Assembly (NCBI GenBank): GCA_035084275.1
Contig: CM068742.1
Location: forward strand, 35,650,001 to 35,714,000
DNA length: 64,000 nt
From: Hydrolagus colliei
Taxonomy: Eukaryota
Direction of reading: 5' to 3'
A model generated the notes under the pieces. It was not told the origin of the DNA. It saw only the letters and a program-made list of their open reading frames with translations, and did no database searches. Shown here in pieces: positions 1 to 10,675 of the stretch. The translations under genes and the position numbers were made by a program. Each line of letters begins with the position of its first letter. The stretch's first letter is position 1.

Positions 1-260
1 CAGCAGCTTAGCGTGAAAAATAAAGGGAGAGATTGGGAGACATTGATTTTTTACATACAGAGGATTATTAGGTCATAGAATCCTGAAGCATTATCAATTT
101 TAATAAGGAATTAGACAATTATTTAAATGAAGATTATAATAAGGGTAAGGTATGGGAAAGAACAGCCAAATTGGACTAAATTAGGAACTCTTTCAGAGAA
201 TGGGCACAGACACAATGAGTGTAGCAGCCTTCTTTTGTGATGTAAAATGCTATGGTGTTG
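1..260 (+). mobile_element. Decayed CR1 LINE 3' end
   Basis: Degenerate match to the CR1 C-terminus and 3' UTR seen in younger copies here (tttttacatacagaggattatt, ggcacagacacaatg...gccttcttttgtg). Confidence 0.55.
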
Positions 261-697
261 GGATTGTATTAATACAAATCCAGTTTAGCTACACCCCCAA
301 ATAGTCCCGTAAAATATTTTGAGTAATCCAATGGGCAGCCCCAGGACATTCATGTTATTGATGTTATTGAAGAGCTGGATGGTTTAAAATTAAAATTGGT
401 TTTGTAATGGTTGCTGCACACATTTACGAGCTTTGAAATTAGATATTAGTTCTTGAACAGTTACCAGTGTAGTGACCTTGGGATGTGTTTATTCGGAGAA
501 ATTCCACCTGAGTGCAGATTTAGACTTTTTTCTTAGCGTGCCAGAGCAAGCACATTTTGGATCATTCTTTAAGTGCATATGTGAGGGAGAAGTTTCAAAA
601 GGGTTTGGGAGAGAGGATTAGGATGGATGGAGACTGAAACTATAACAGACACAGATTAGTTGGGCTGAATGGTCTATTTCTATGGTGTAGCAGTCTA

Positions 698-895
698 TAA
701 TAATAATATAATCCTTGCATTTGATATAGCGTCTTATCACTTATTTGAGAGTTCGCAACACGCTTTACAGGATGTATTGTAAAGTAAAGTTGTTGTGAAG
801 TAGATTGACTTTATATATTTTGTGGGCGTAAATGCCACAGCACACAGCAGTGTCCCACAAACACTCGTAAACTGGGTGACCACATTCTTTTTTGA
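698..895 (-). mobile_element. 5'-truncated SINE with L2-type (ATT)n tail
   Basis: aataat-ccttgcatttgatatagcg...cacagcagtgtcccacaaac is the reverse complement of the SINE body and tail at 32806-33143. Confidence 0.8.
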
Positions 896-934
896 GATAC
901 TGTTACCCCCGGAAAATGATCCACCAATCGACTA

Positions 935-1145
935 CCAACAACAACAACTTGGATTTATATAGTGCTTTTCATGCCGGAAGGCATCTTAGAGCGCTTCCCA
1001 ATGAAGATTCCCGAGGCAGAGCCAGTTGGAGGGGAATAAAGGTGACCAAAAACACAGTTGAAAAGAAGGGTCTTCAGCCGTGACCTGAAAATGGGAAAAG
1101 CGGGGGCGAGGCAAAGGGAGTGAGGAAGGGAATTCCAGAGTCTAG
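935..1145 (-). mobile_element. L2 LINE 3' end with (GTT)n tail
   Basis: caacaacaacaacttggatttatatagtgc tail, followed by the reverse complement of the L2 ORF2 C-terminus (ggaattccagag, LWNS motif). Confidence 0.75.
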
Positions 1146-2569
1146 GTTCCTACCAGGTTCCTACTTACTGCTAGTAAACCAAGGTGTGAGGAAGAAGGAA
1201 ACTTTCCTAAGGTTTCACATCTCCCAGGAAACAAGCCCAGGTCCTTTTGCTTATGACTTTGTAACTACAGTATTGTACTATGTTACAAGATCCAAATTGC
1301 CGGTTCTCTGAAAGAGTTACTGAATTAGTCCCACTCAGCTGTTCTATGTAATTTTAATATTGATTTTGAAGCTGGGGTTCTTCCAAGAAGTACAGAAAAC
1401 TGGATTTAAAATGTAAAATAAATGTACCAATCATCCTGAATTTGATACTCAGAAATGCCAAGAAAATAGTTTGAATCTAAACCAAGGTGAAATATCCACA
1501 AGGCTTTCTAAAACGCATCTCTCAGTCATTTGCTGGAGACGATATTCCTTCACTTCAAATATATAAAAGAGCATGATGGTGCTTTTATTGTGTTGTCTAA
1601 ATATGGACTGTTTTATTGATAGTCTTGTTCTCATAGAGAACCTTTAAATTCCTTTTGGTATCTTTCATACAATTTTCAGTGCATCTGTCTGTGCCATCCA
1701 TCATCAAAAGCCTTTCAGCAGCTGATGAAAGCACTGTGATAAACTGTGAGGCGAGGGTAGTCTGTGCAATTTCTGGACCAGAGTCGGGGGAAGATACAGG
1801 TTGAATAAACAGTCGTGGAAATGTTTGCTGTGCAGTGTCTATAACTCAGCGTACAATTGGTGACAAATCAGTGCCATTGTAAATGTAGAATGGTGCAACA
1901 TTCAGACGTCCCTGGCAGACAAGAAAAAGGAGAAAAAATAGGCAGAGACAAGCAGAAAGGATCAGCTCCTTTTAGAGAAAATTTTAGAGAAAATTAATAA
2001 GTACTGTTGTGATGGTAAGATAATTATGTTTATTGTGCCTGCTGTGTGCTCCCCTTCCACAGACGTGTGACGAGAGAGTAAACCAAAGCAATAGTAGCAG
2101 CTGTGTGTTTATACAGAATCTCAAACGTTGGATTTCATTTAAGGACAGGTTCTTTTCTTCTCATGTATGTCGCATGCACAATTCCAACAAGAAAATATAT
2201 CATTAGCAACATATATGGCCCAATTCATTAAATTGCTCTTTAATTCAGAGTGTTGGGAATCTCTCTTTAGCTCAGACTGGCCCTGATTGATAAATTAATG
2301 GCTTCACATATTTTATTGAACAAGATATATTGTTGCCCTGGTTATATCTCCAACTGAAAGAGTGCACTTAACAAATATAACAAACCAGCTCAATTATTTT
2401 TTACAAAAGTTAACTTTTTCCTGGGATTTGCTCTTAAGGTGATTTTCAATCAAATAACAGTGTAGTGCAATATTCTTTGTTTTATCCTGTATCCTCTGCT
2501 AGGTTATGTTTCCATGGCTGCCAGACACCTTCTAGTATCTCATCCACATGGCCATTTTTCAGTAGCTGT

Positions 2570-2800
2570 GCCCAGTCAACTTCTATTTATATAGCGAACG
2601 TCACACCGGGTAGCATCTCAGAACGCTTAAAGTGCCAGGTCTTGATATTGTGTGATTGGAGTGTGAGGATCTTGAAATGGATCTGTTCTGTAATAGTGAG
2701 CCAGTGAAGCCTGGCAAGAAGTAGGTTGATAGGGCTATGGAGCTTGATGTAGGTGAGGATGTGGGCAGCAGAGTTTTGCATTAATCGGACTAGGTAAGGA
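2570..2800 (-). mobile_element. L2 ORF2 C-terminal fragment plus tail
   Basis: The minus-strand ORF reads QNSAAHIL...LARLHWLTITEQIHFKILTL, the L2 ORF2 C-terminal motif. A tail remnant lies at about 2575-2630. Confidence 0.75.
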
Positions 2801-3042
2801 ATGAGCTATTTGACCACAGGAGTCAGTACAGTCAAGCCCAGCCTTCTCCTGACTTGTCATCGACACTTTTGTACTTTCACACACTCCCCGAGCTAGGGGC
2901 ATCAAGGCCAATTGTAAAACTGCTTAATGTGCCACAAGTGAGTTCAGCTAGCTCAACACAAGACTCAGAATCAAACAAGCACTTTCTGGATCTACATGGT
3001 TCAGTTTTACACTGTTAAATGGATTTAGCAATTGAGCTATCA
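2800..3042 (-). mobile_element. Possible old tRNA-derived SINE, family unassigned
   Basis: The minus strand starts with A-box-like tagctcaattg and has B-box-like gtttgattc about 60 nt later. Heavily decayed. Confidence 0.35.
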
Positions 3043-3386
3043 TCAAAAATTGTAGTCAACAGCTAAAGACTGCCAAAGAGATGTAACCTTTACTCTCCCA
3101 TTTGCTGGGCTTCCATTCTCCTGGAGACGATGAAACACGGTGTTGAATGTTGTTGTAAGGGATATAGGCTTAAGTTAAATTTTGGGATCTAACTTACAAA
3201 AGTTCTTAATGAGATTTTTAAACACAGTTGCACTGTATGTCATACCAATCCGTTTTAATTGGGCAATCAGAATTAAGAAATACAGCAAATTGGACAGTTA
3301 AAGTGTGCAAATATAAAGAAGTAATGACATATCCACATTGCTTTCACTACTGCAACAGAGTCGAGCCCGTTCGTTACGGGCATAAA

Positions 3387-4497
3387 AATAAATAATAATT
3401 CTTGCATGTGGTATAGTGCTTTTCACGTCTTCTAGACGTCTCAAAGTGCTTCTCAAAACATACTGTCTTCTCCCTCCCCACCTGCTCTGGTCCCTACCTC
3501 TTCTCCCCTTTTCTACCCTCTTGTCTTCTCCTTCGCCCCCTGCTCCGGTCCAAACCTTAGGACATTGTTGTATTCTGTGAAGCGCTTTGAGACGTCGATA
3601 AGACGTGGAAAGGGCTATATAAATGTAAGGATTATTATTATTATATTATTATTACTGTGAAGTGAATTGACTGTATATTTCTAGGCGAAACGCTACAGCC
3701 AATTGCACACAACAATATCACGCAAACAGTTGTGGATTGAAATGACCAATTCATTATCGTTTTTTTTCTTTAGTTGCAGCAAGCATCTGAGAAGGCGAAT
3801 GGCATGCTAGCGTTCATTTCAAAAGGTTTAGAGTATAAGAGTAGGGAAGTCTTGCTGCAAATGTATAAGGCTCTGGTGAGACCGCACCTAGAGTATTGTG
3901 TGCAGTTTGGGTCTCCTTATTTAAAAAAGAACATACTTTCCTTAAAGTGGGTGCAGCGTAGATTCACTAGGTTAGTTCCTGGGATGAGGGGACTGACCTA
4001 TGAGGATAGGTTGAATAAACTAGGGCTGTATTCTCTAGAGTACAGAAGAATTAGGGGGGATCTTATTGAAACATATAAGATTCTTAAAGGGTTAGATAAA
4101 GTAGGTACTGAGGGACGGTTTCCCCTGGTAGGAGAATCTATAACCAGGGGTCACAGTCTTAAAATTAAGGGTCAGCCTTTTAGAACAGAGTTGAGGAAAC
4201 ATTTCTTCACTCAGAGGGTAGTGAATTTATGGAATTCACTACCCCAGAAGGCTGTAGATGCTCAGTCCTTGAACATTTTCAAGGCTGAGACTGATAGATT
4301 TTTGAAAAATAGAGGGATTAGGGGATATGGGGATAGGGCAGGTAATCAAAGTTAGGTGAGAAGATCAGCCATGATCTTGTTGAATGGCGGAGCAGACTCG
4401 AAGGGCCGAATGGCCTACTCCTGCTCCTAATTCTTATGGTCTTATGTTCTTATTATTATCAAGTATGAGGAGTAAGGAAGCTTTCTCAAGGTTTCTA
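3387..4497 (-). mobile_element. SINE split into three pieces by an L2 3' end (about 3467-3652, +) and a CR1 (3771-4450, +)
   Basis: Collinear SINE pieces at about 3387-3466, 3653-3770 and 4451-4497 (ggagtaaggaa...caaggttt). Confidence 0.75.
3771..4450 (+). mobile_element. Young 5'-truncated CR1 LINE (ORF2 C-terminus plus 3' UTR)
   Basis: ORF 3774-4355 contains LVRPHLEYCVQF, RRIRGDLIETYKIL and FFTQRVVNLWNSLP. The 3' UTR ends in (TTCTTATG)-type repeats. Confidence 0.95.
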
Positions 4498-6014
4498 TGG
4501 GATTTTGATAGCTCAGGACATCAGATGATATTATAATAATTCTTGCAATATCAAATGCAAAGACTGTTGTTACTATTTGATACTGCATGTCATATCATTG
4601 AGCTGTCTCAAAGCACTTAATTTTACTGTGAATTGTAGTGACTGTGTTATTTGTAGATGATGAGAGAAAGCAAACAATGATGTACTGGAATCTGAGGGAA
4701 ACAATATGCAATACACCAATTTCAGAGGGGTTGTACAAACATATACACTTTGCTAATGCAATTTCAAAATACAATTTGCATTTCCTTCCTCAAATGGCAC
4801 AAACATAATTAGTGCTTAATGATAATCAGAGTATTGCAAAACAAAGACCTCGTTTGTCAGGACATCCTTTGTCACAAACAATTTATCAAATCGATTTCAA
4901 TTCCAAGCGATAATTCTCAATTCCCCCCTTCCCCAAACCAAAAAAAAATGGGATTAGCAGGACACAATCTGCATGTCTTGATATCTGTCAAAGGAAAAAA
5001 TAGCCGATCTGCTTCTGTTTCTGATCTGTTGATTTCCTTGTTCATCACTGTACTAACAATTACTTGGGTGACATTTTCTCTGCAGTTGCTGTCAAATGTC
5101 TAGGAAGGTTGTCAGCACAGCGTAGGACTGCCAGCTACAGAAATACAGAATGTTAATTGGTTTGGGCTCTCTGAGCTGACATGGGAGCAGGCAATTGTGA
5201 ACATGGAAATTAAAACTGTTCTAGAATACCCGGAAAACCAGCAGGTAATTACACTGAGTGACATGCAGCACATGTATGCTCGCTCACGTGGGTTTAAGTA
5301 TATCTTACACGTTTCATCTGGAAAGTTAACCTCTCGACACGAGAGCGTGTATAGGTTGAATGAGGAATCTCAATGTGAATGTGAAATGATATTCTTAGCT
5401 GAATAGATCAAAAAGAAACACCTCTGTAACGTGTGTTAGAAAAATACAAGGGTAGAAAAAATCTGCAACTGAGCAATTAACAAGAAGATGAATTCAGCTT
5501 TAATAGCTGGTCAAAGTACTGGGGTAGGGGATGCTTTAAAACCTTCAGAGTAAATGACAACTTGTGAGTGGCTGAGATAAAGAGAAATTATGACTCTTAA
5601 ACTTGCGTTTTCTTTTATAGAGTCCCAGGGTCAAATTGTATTTGACCCAGTTGACCCCGAAGTGTCAGAGGAAAGCAATTTCTAATGTCAATGGATTCTT
5701 GCAGGATTAGCAAGAAAGAAAGGGATTTTAATAAAGATTTTATGAACGGTTCTAGTCTCTTATTACTGTATCAGGAAATTAGCTTGGATAACACTGTGTG
5801 AAGATACAGTTTGGCAAACAGAAATACCATAGTTGGAAATGTACAATTTCGTTTTTAAGCAGTTTTAATTTTGTAGCTACTCAAAATATAGCTATGACAA
5901 CCATTATTTTCTTTGTCAAATATATCCCATTTTATTGAACCCCTTTATTATGGATGTCAATGCTTTAATACCAGCTACTTTGAACCTCCTTTTCTCCTGA
6001 TTCTGCAGGCTGGC

Positions 6015-6387
6015 CTCATAATTCAGGTGTTTAAATCTCTCCGTTCCTTAGCAGTCCCCTATTTCTCTAACCTACTCTCTTCTCACAGCAGTATCCGCTG
6101 CCTCTGTTCTACTGGGTCTGGCCTCCTCCTTGTCCCCCAAATTCTTCGCCCCACCATCGGCAACCGTGCCTTCAGCTACTACACCCGAGACGTTAGAATT
6201 CCCTTTCTCAACCCCTTCATCTTGCCATCCTCCTTCCCTAGACTCAGGTGGTGCCTGATGACCTTCCTCTTCGACCTATACTGACCTATGGTCACCTACC
6301 CTCTCCCCTTGGGCTCTGCTATTGTGAAGTGCTCTGAGACGTTGCCCAGCGTGGAGGGCTCTATATAAATGCAAGTTGTTGTTGTTT
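6015..6387 (+). mobile_element. L2 LINE 3' end
   Basis: VFKSL...PYFSNLL...GNRAFSY motif, ending gtgaagtgctctgagacg...ctatataaatgcaagttgttgttg. Confidence 0.85.
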
Positions 6388-7368
6388 AATACCAGGCATT
6401 ATTATGTTCCCAATATCTTTTTCAGGAAAAACTCGGGACCATCACAGAACATTAACTTGGTTCTGATATTCCATCGCCACCTCATTCCGAAAGATTCGCT
6501 GCTTGCAATCCCCTGCTCTCACCCAGGGTAGTGTATCCCAGCAAGTTATATTGACTTCAGAAGAGGAGGAGGTGAGGGTGTTGGAAACAATGGCTTACCT
6601 TTCTCTTTCAAGATGCTGATAATTTCCTGCATTTTCTGCTTTTATTCCTTCTATTACTTTGTCAGTGTTATTACACCTGTAGCATTTTGCTCATGGTGAC
6701 TACTGAGGCTGAATGAACTCTTTAGATTTAGTCTGAGCTGTACTGACCTGTGAAACTGAGATGCATACGGCAAATTGATGCTGAAGAAAGGTACTTTCAT
6801 ATATACTGTATGTGGATCCACTTCACTAGGTTAAATTACATTTACCTGTTTAATTATTGAATTTGACAGTGATTCTTGTAAAGCTAATATCCAACCGAAT
6901 AAAAGTCATGTTTTCTCCATTATTATTCTTATTAAAATCTGTAACAAAATAAAACAATCTTGTTTCCTGTATGGAACTGTCATTATATGAGATATTTTTC
7001 TTTTGGAAAGTTATTTGGATTTTATAGCAGTAATCTATTTAGTGTCAAGCTGCTTTACCATCCGCTTGAGTGCCCAGATAGCCTAGATTGTTCCATTTGG
7101 AACAAATGAAAGTAACCAGAGGTTGACAGATAAGAAAAATATAGTGCTGCTTCAGATGAAGGTAAGGTACATGCCTGCAATTTTCATTAACACTGAGGCT
7201 CCATTATATGGTCTATGAGCCATGAAATAAAGCTTGCATGTTAAATGAGTACCTTAGGTATTACAGCTCACACCAGATAACACACACCTGATTGGAGCAA
7301 AATCCTAAACCAACACAAATTTTTTAAGATTCTATATTTAACCTCAATAGTCAAAGAATGCATCAAAT

Positions 7369-7436
7369 CTCCTATTATATCTAACCACTCCCCATTGACT
7401 CCTATTGTATCTAATCACTTCCCACTCACTCTTATT
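7369..7436 (+). repeat. 30-bp tandem repeat, about 2.3 units
   Basis: ctcctattatatctaaccactccccattga / ctcctattgtatctaatcacttcccactca / ctcttatt. Confidence 0.8.
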
Positions 7437-7450
7437 TTATAATATTTATA

Positions 7451-7647
7451 ATAATGATACTTGCATTTGATATAGCGCTTTTCACGTCTTCTAGACGTCT
7501 CAAAGTGCTTCACTGAATATACGGCAATTGACTATATTTGCGGCCAATACACTGCAGCCAATTGCGCACAGCAGTATCCCACAAACAGTCATGGATTGAG
7601 TGACCAAATTATTATTGGTTTTTTTGAGGGATTATTACCAGGCATGT
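7451..7647 (-). mobile_element. 5'-truncated SINE
   Basis: Tail and body match the SINE consensus (cttgcatttgatatagcgcttttcacgtc...cccacaaacagtcatggattga). Confidence 0.85.
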
Positions 7648-7989
7648 TGAAAGTGTCATAGCAGATTCCATCCTCGCATATACCTACAAAATCACAAGAG
7701 ATATTTGGGTTCTTTTTGGCCCGTTTAATCACTTTCATACAGAATGTCAATTCTACTTTTCTCCCATTATAGCACAAAGCTCTTTACTAAATAAGTTCAA
7801 TGCTTTGGCTTCTAATACCCTTAGTTGATTACCCTCTGTGCAAAGAAATCCTTATATTATCCCGATTACAATACATCAAACCACTTTGCATTCATTCAAC
7901 AGCAGCAACAGTAACAATTTGCATGTGTATAAGTACTATTCCTATAGGAAAACATCTCAGTAATGATAATAATTATTATTCTTAGCCTC

Positions 7990-8950
7990 GATACATCAAG
8001 GCTTATCTATGGAAACTCCTTCCTCGTCAGCCTTCCCGGCTCTTACCTTCACAAGCTGCAGATCATCCAGAACTCTGCAGCTCATGTCCTCTCCCGCACC
8101 AAGCTCTGCGACCACATCACTCCCACTCTCGCCCAGCTCCATTGGTTCCCCATCTCCAAGAGGATCAAATTCAAGATGGTCATCCTCACTTTCAAGGCCA
8201 TTCACGGCCTTGCCTCCCCCATCTCTTCAACTTGCTGTCTCCCTATGAAACTGCCCACCACCTCCTCCGTGGGCACCTGTCTGCTCCATGTCCCCTGCCT
8301 GACCCGCCCTACCATTGGTGGACAGGCTTTCAGCTTCTCTGCCCTCACACTCTGGAACTCCATCTCATATTCCGTTTGCCTCGCTTCCTTCCGTGCCTCC
8401 TTCAAAGCCGGTCTCAAGACCCTCCTCTTTGATCGTGCCTTCTGCTGCCCTCCCAACTCTCTCCCTCCCCTCCTATCTCTCTCCCTCCCCCACTACCCTC
8501 CCCCAGCTTGTAATAATAATAATCCTTGCATTTGATATAGCGCTTTTCACATCTTATCGACGTCCCAAAGCGCTTCACAGAATATACTGTAAAGTGAATA
8601 GACTGTATATTTGTGGGCGAATCGTGGCAGCCAATTGCGCATAGTAGTGACCCACAAACAGTCATGGATTGAAATGACCAATTTTATCATTGTGGTTTCT
8701 TTGGACAGATTATTATTAGGCGTGTGGAGTAAGGAAACTTGCCTAAGGTTTTGCCCTGACCTGCCTGGATTCAAACACAGGTCTCCCCAGCTTGTTCTCC
8801 CCAGTTTGCAAGACAAGTGCTCTAACCACTAAGCCACATGAGCTCCACCCTGCCCCTTTCCCTTGCTTGGTTCCCGACCTGACTGTACAGGGCCTTGGGA
8901 CGTCTTCCCGACATGAAAGGTGCTCTATAAATGTAATTTTGTTGTTGTTA
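7990..8950 (+). mobile_element. L2 LINE 3' portion, with its 3' UTR interrupted by a SINE
   Basis: ORF 7963-8535 reads SRLIYGNSFL..LP...LQIIQNSAAHVL...HITPTLAQLHWFPI..RIKFK...LWNSI. The UTR resumes at about 8847 and ends ccttgggacgtcttcccgac...(gtt)n. Confidence 0.9.
8511..8846 (-). mobile_element. Full-length tRNA-derived SINE with L2-type tail
   Basis: Reverse complement of 32806-33143, including the A box, B box and the 14-bp head duplication. Confidence 0.92.
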
Positions 8951-10454
8951 TAAAAATAATAATCATTATCATCCTTGCTTCTTGATATTATGCCTTATCA
9001 TGTGATTGAAATGTCTCTTAAGTGCTTCACAGCATATAGTAGATTAACTGTGTAATTTGTGGGTGAAACACGGTGGCCAGTTTGTGCAAACCAATGGAGT
9101 GAGTGACCAATTTATTTTACAGAATCAGCTAAGAGGGAGGAAATAAAGATGGAGGGATTTAGGAAAAGTTCCAGAGAGCCTGGGCAAAAGTGGTTGAAAA
9201 CTCACACAACAATGGTTAGCGGGAGGAGGCGGGGGTCATGAAGCAGGCACGAGTTGGGGTGTAAATCGTGGAGCAGGGCTGCAGTAAACTGCAAAGATAG
9301 GATCCTTCCTCTCTTTCGAGGCACAGCACAAAACGCAGCTTTGTGACAGTGCTTTGGTTAAACTTTCCTCTCCCTCAACATCCGTGGTCTCCACCCTAGC
9401 TCAGTTGGTCATCCAGCATTGTGAATACACTTTGGGACACTCTCCCATTGTAAAAGATACAACATTCAATGTGAATTGTATTGTACTGGAAAACCAACAT
9501 GGTGAAATCCTGTACCATCTCAAACCATTTCTGTCAGGGCCTAAAAATAGAGTCATTTGGTTGGATCAACCACTCTGGTGCATTGCCCTGTATGAGAGGA
9601 GCAAGTTGTTGTTGTTGTATCCAGTGTAATACAGTGTTGATTCTGAATTTCAGCTGAAACATGCCTTCAAAACAAATCTTGATCCAAGGTTGAAATATTA
9701 CACACTATCTGCTTCTTCGCATGTTGTGTGTCATATGTAATCAGTCCCCTGCCAAGCTTCACCCAGAAACAGCAGAACATGTCAAGGAGCTCCATAGCAC
9801 TGGGCTGAAATACAATTGTAGTACTACTGTATATTCCTGCGCTCTTAAATAATGAATGATCCCTGAATGTTTTTTGATGGTCTCCCTGAAAAAAGTTAGC
9901 TTGAAATTAATTCTTTATATCCAGTGAAAAATCTTGAACTAAAATGTAAAAAAAACTGATAACCCAATTCATAGTGTGTTAGAGTGTGTCCTGTAAATAT
10001 TGATCTTTTGAATTAAAAATAACAATACACACATTTGATATAGCACCTTATCAAATCAAAACATCTTAAAACACTTCACAAAATGAGTTATTTTGAATTG
10101 TAGTGACGACTAGGTTGACAAAATGAAGGCAGCCCGAAGACTGAGCAGGCTCTATCTGACTGTCTAATAAACCTGTCATCCCTAAAACTCCACAACATGG
10201 TGACATTGGCACTATGAAGCAGTATTTTATCCGGTAGTTGGGTGGAGTTTCTGTTTATTCAATGCAACAGAGGTTAAGATGTTCTTATGCAAAAGTTTAC
10301 TGTGTAGTGACAAAAGCTTTCACAGTGCATAGATTATCATATCTTATTGTCATTTATTTACTCAAAGGAGATTGGTGTAATAAACATATTTTGTAGGGAA
10401 CAAAGCAGATTGTGCACATTATTAATTTTCACCTTTAACTTTAGAGTAGAACAA

Positions 10455-10675
10455 ACAGATGTGGATTGAGTGATTAAATTATTTTAATAAAAAGTATTAT
10501 TCCCCTGGAAAAGCAATCTGCCAATCAATTCACAACCGGGTTCCTGCTTACTGGAAAGTAAACAGAGGTGTGTGGAGTAACGAAACTTGTCCAATGTTTC
10601 ACTCTGCTTGGGAATCGAACCCAGGTCCTTTTAATTCTGAAGCAAATGCTTTAATCACTGAGCTATAGGTCTCCA
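10455..10675 (-). mobile_element. SINE head and body fragment
   Basis: gtgtggagtaacgaaacttgtccaatgttt...gaatcgaacccagg...cactgagctatagg. Confidence 0.7.

Noticed and set aside
3774-4355. 193-aa ORF (and 16458-17048, 58965-59429) as a host or novel reverse transcriptase gene
   Set aside because: These are C-terminal pieces of 5'-truncated CR1 ORF2, lacking the catalytic core and a real start codon.
5621-5685. Terminal exon after ttttcttttatag (SQGQIVFDPVDPEVSEESNF then stop)
   Set aside because: Acceptor only, no recognisable peptide and no supporting upstream exon.
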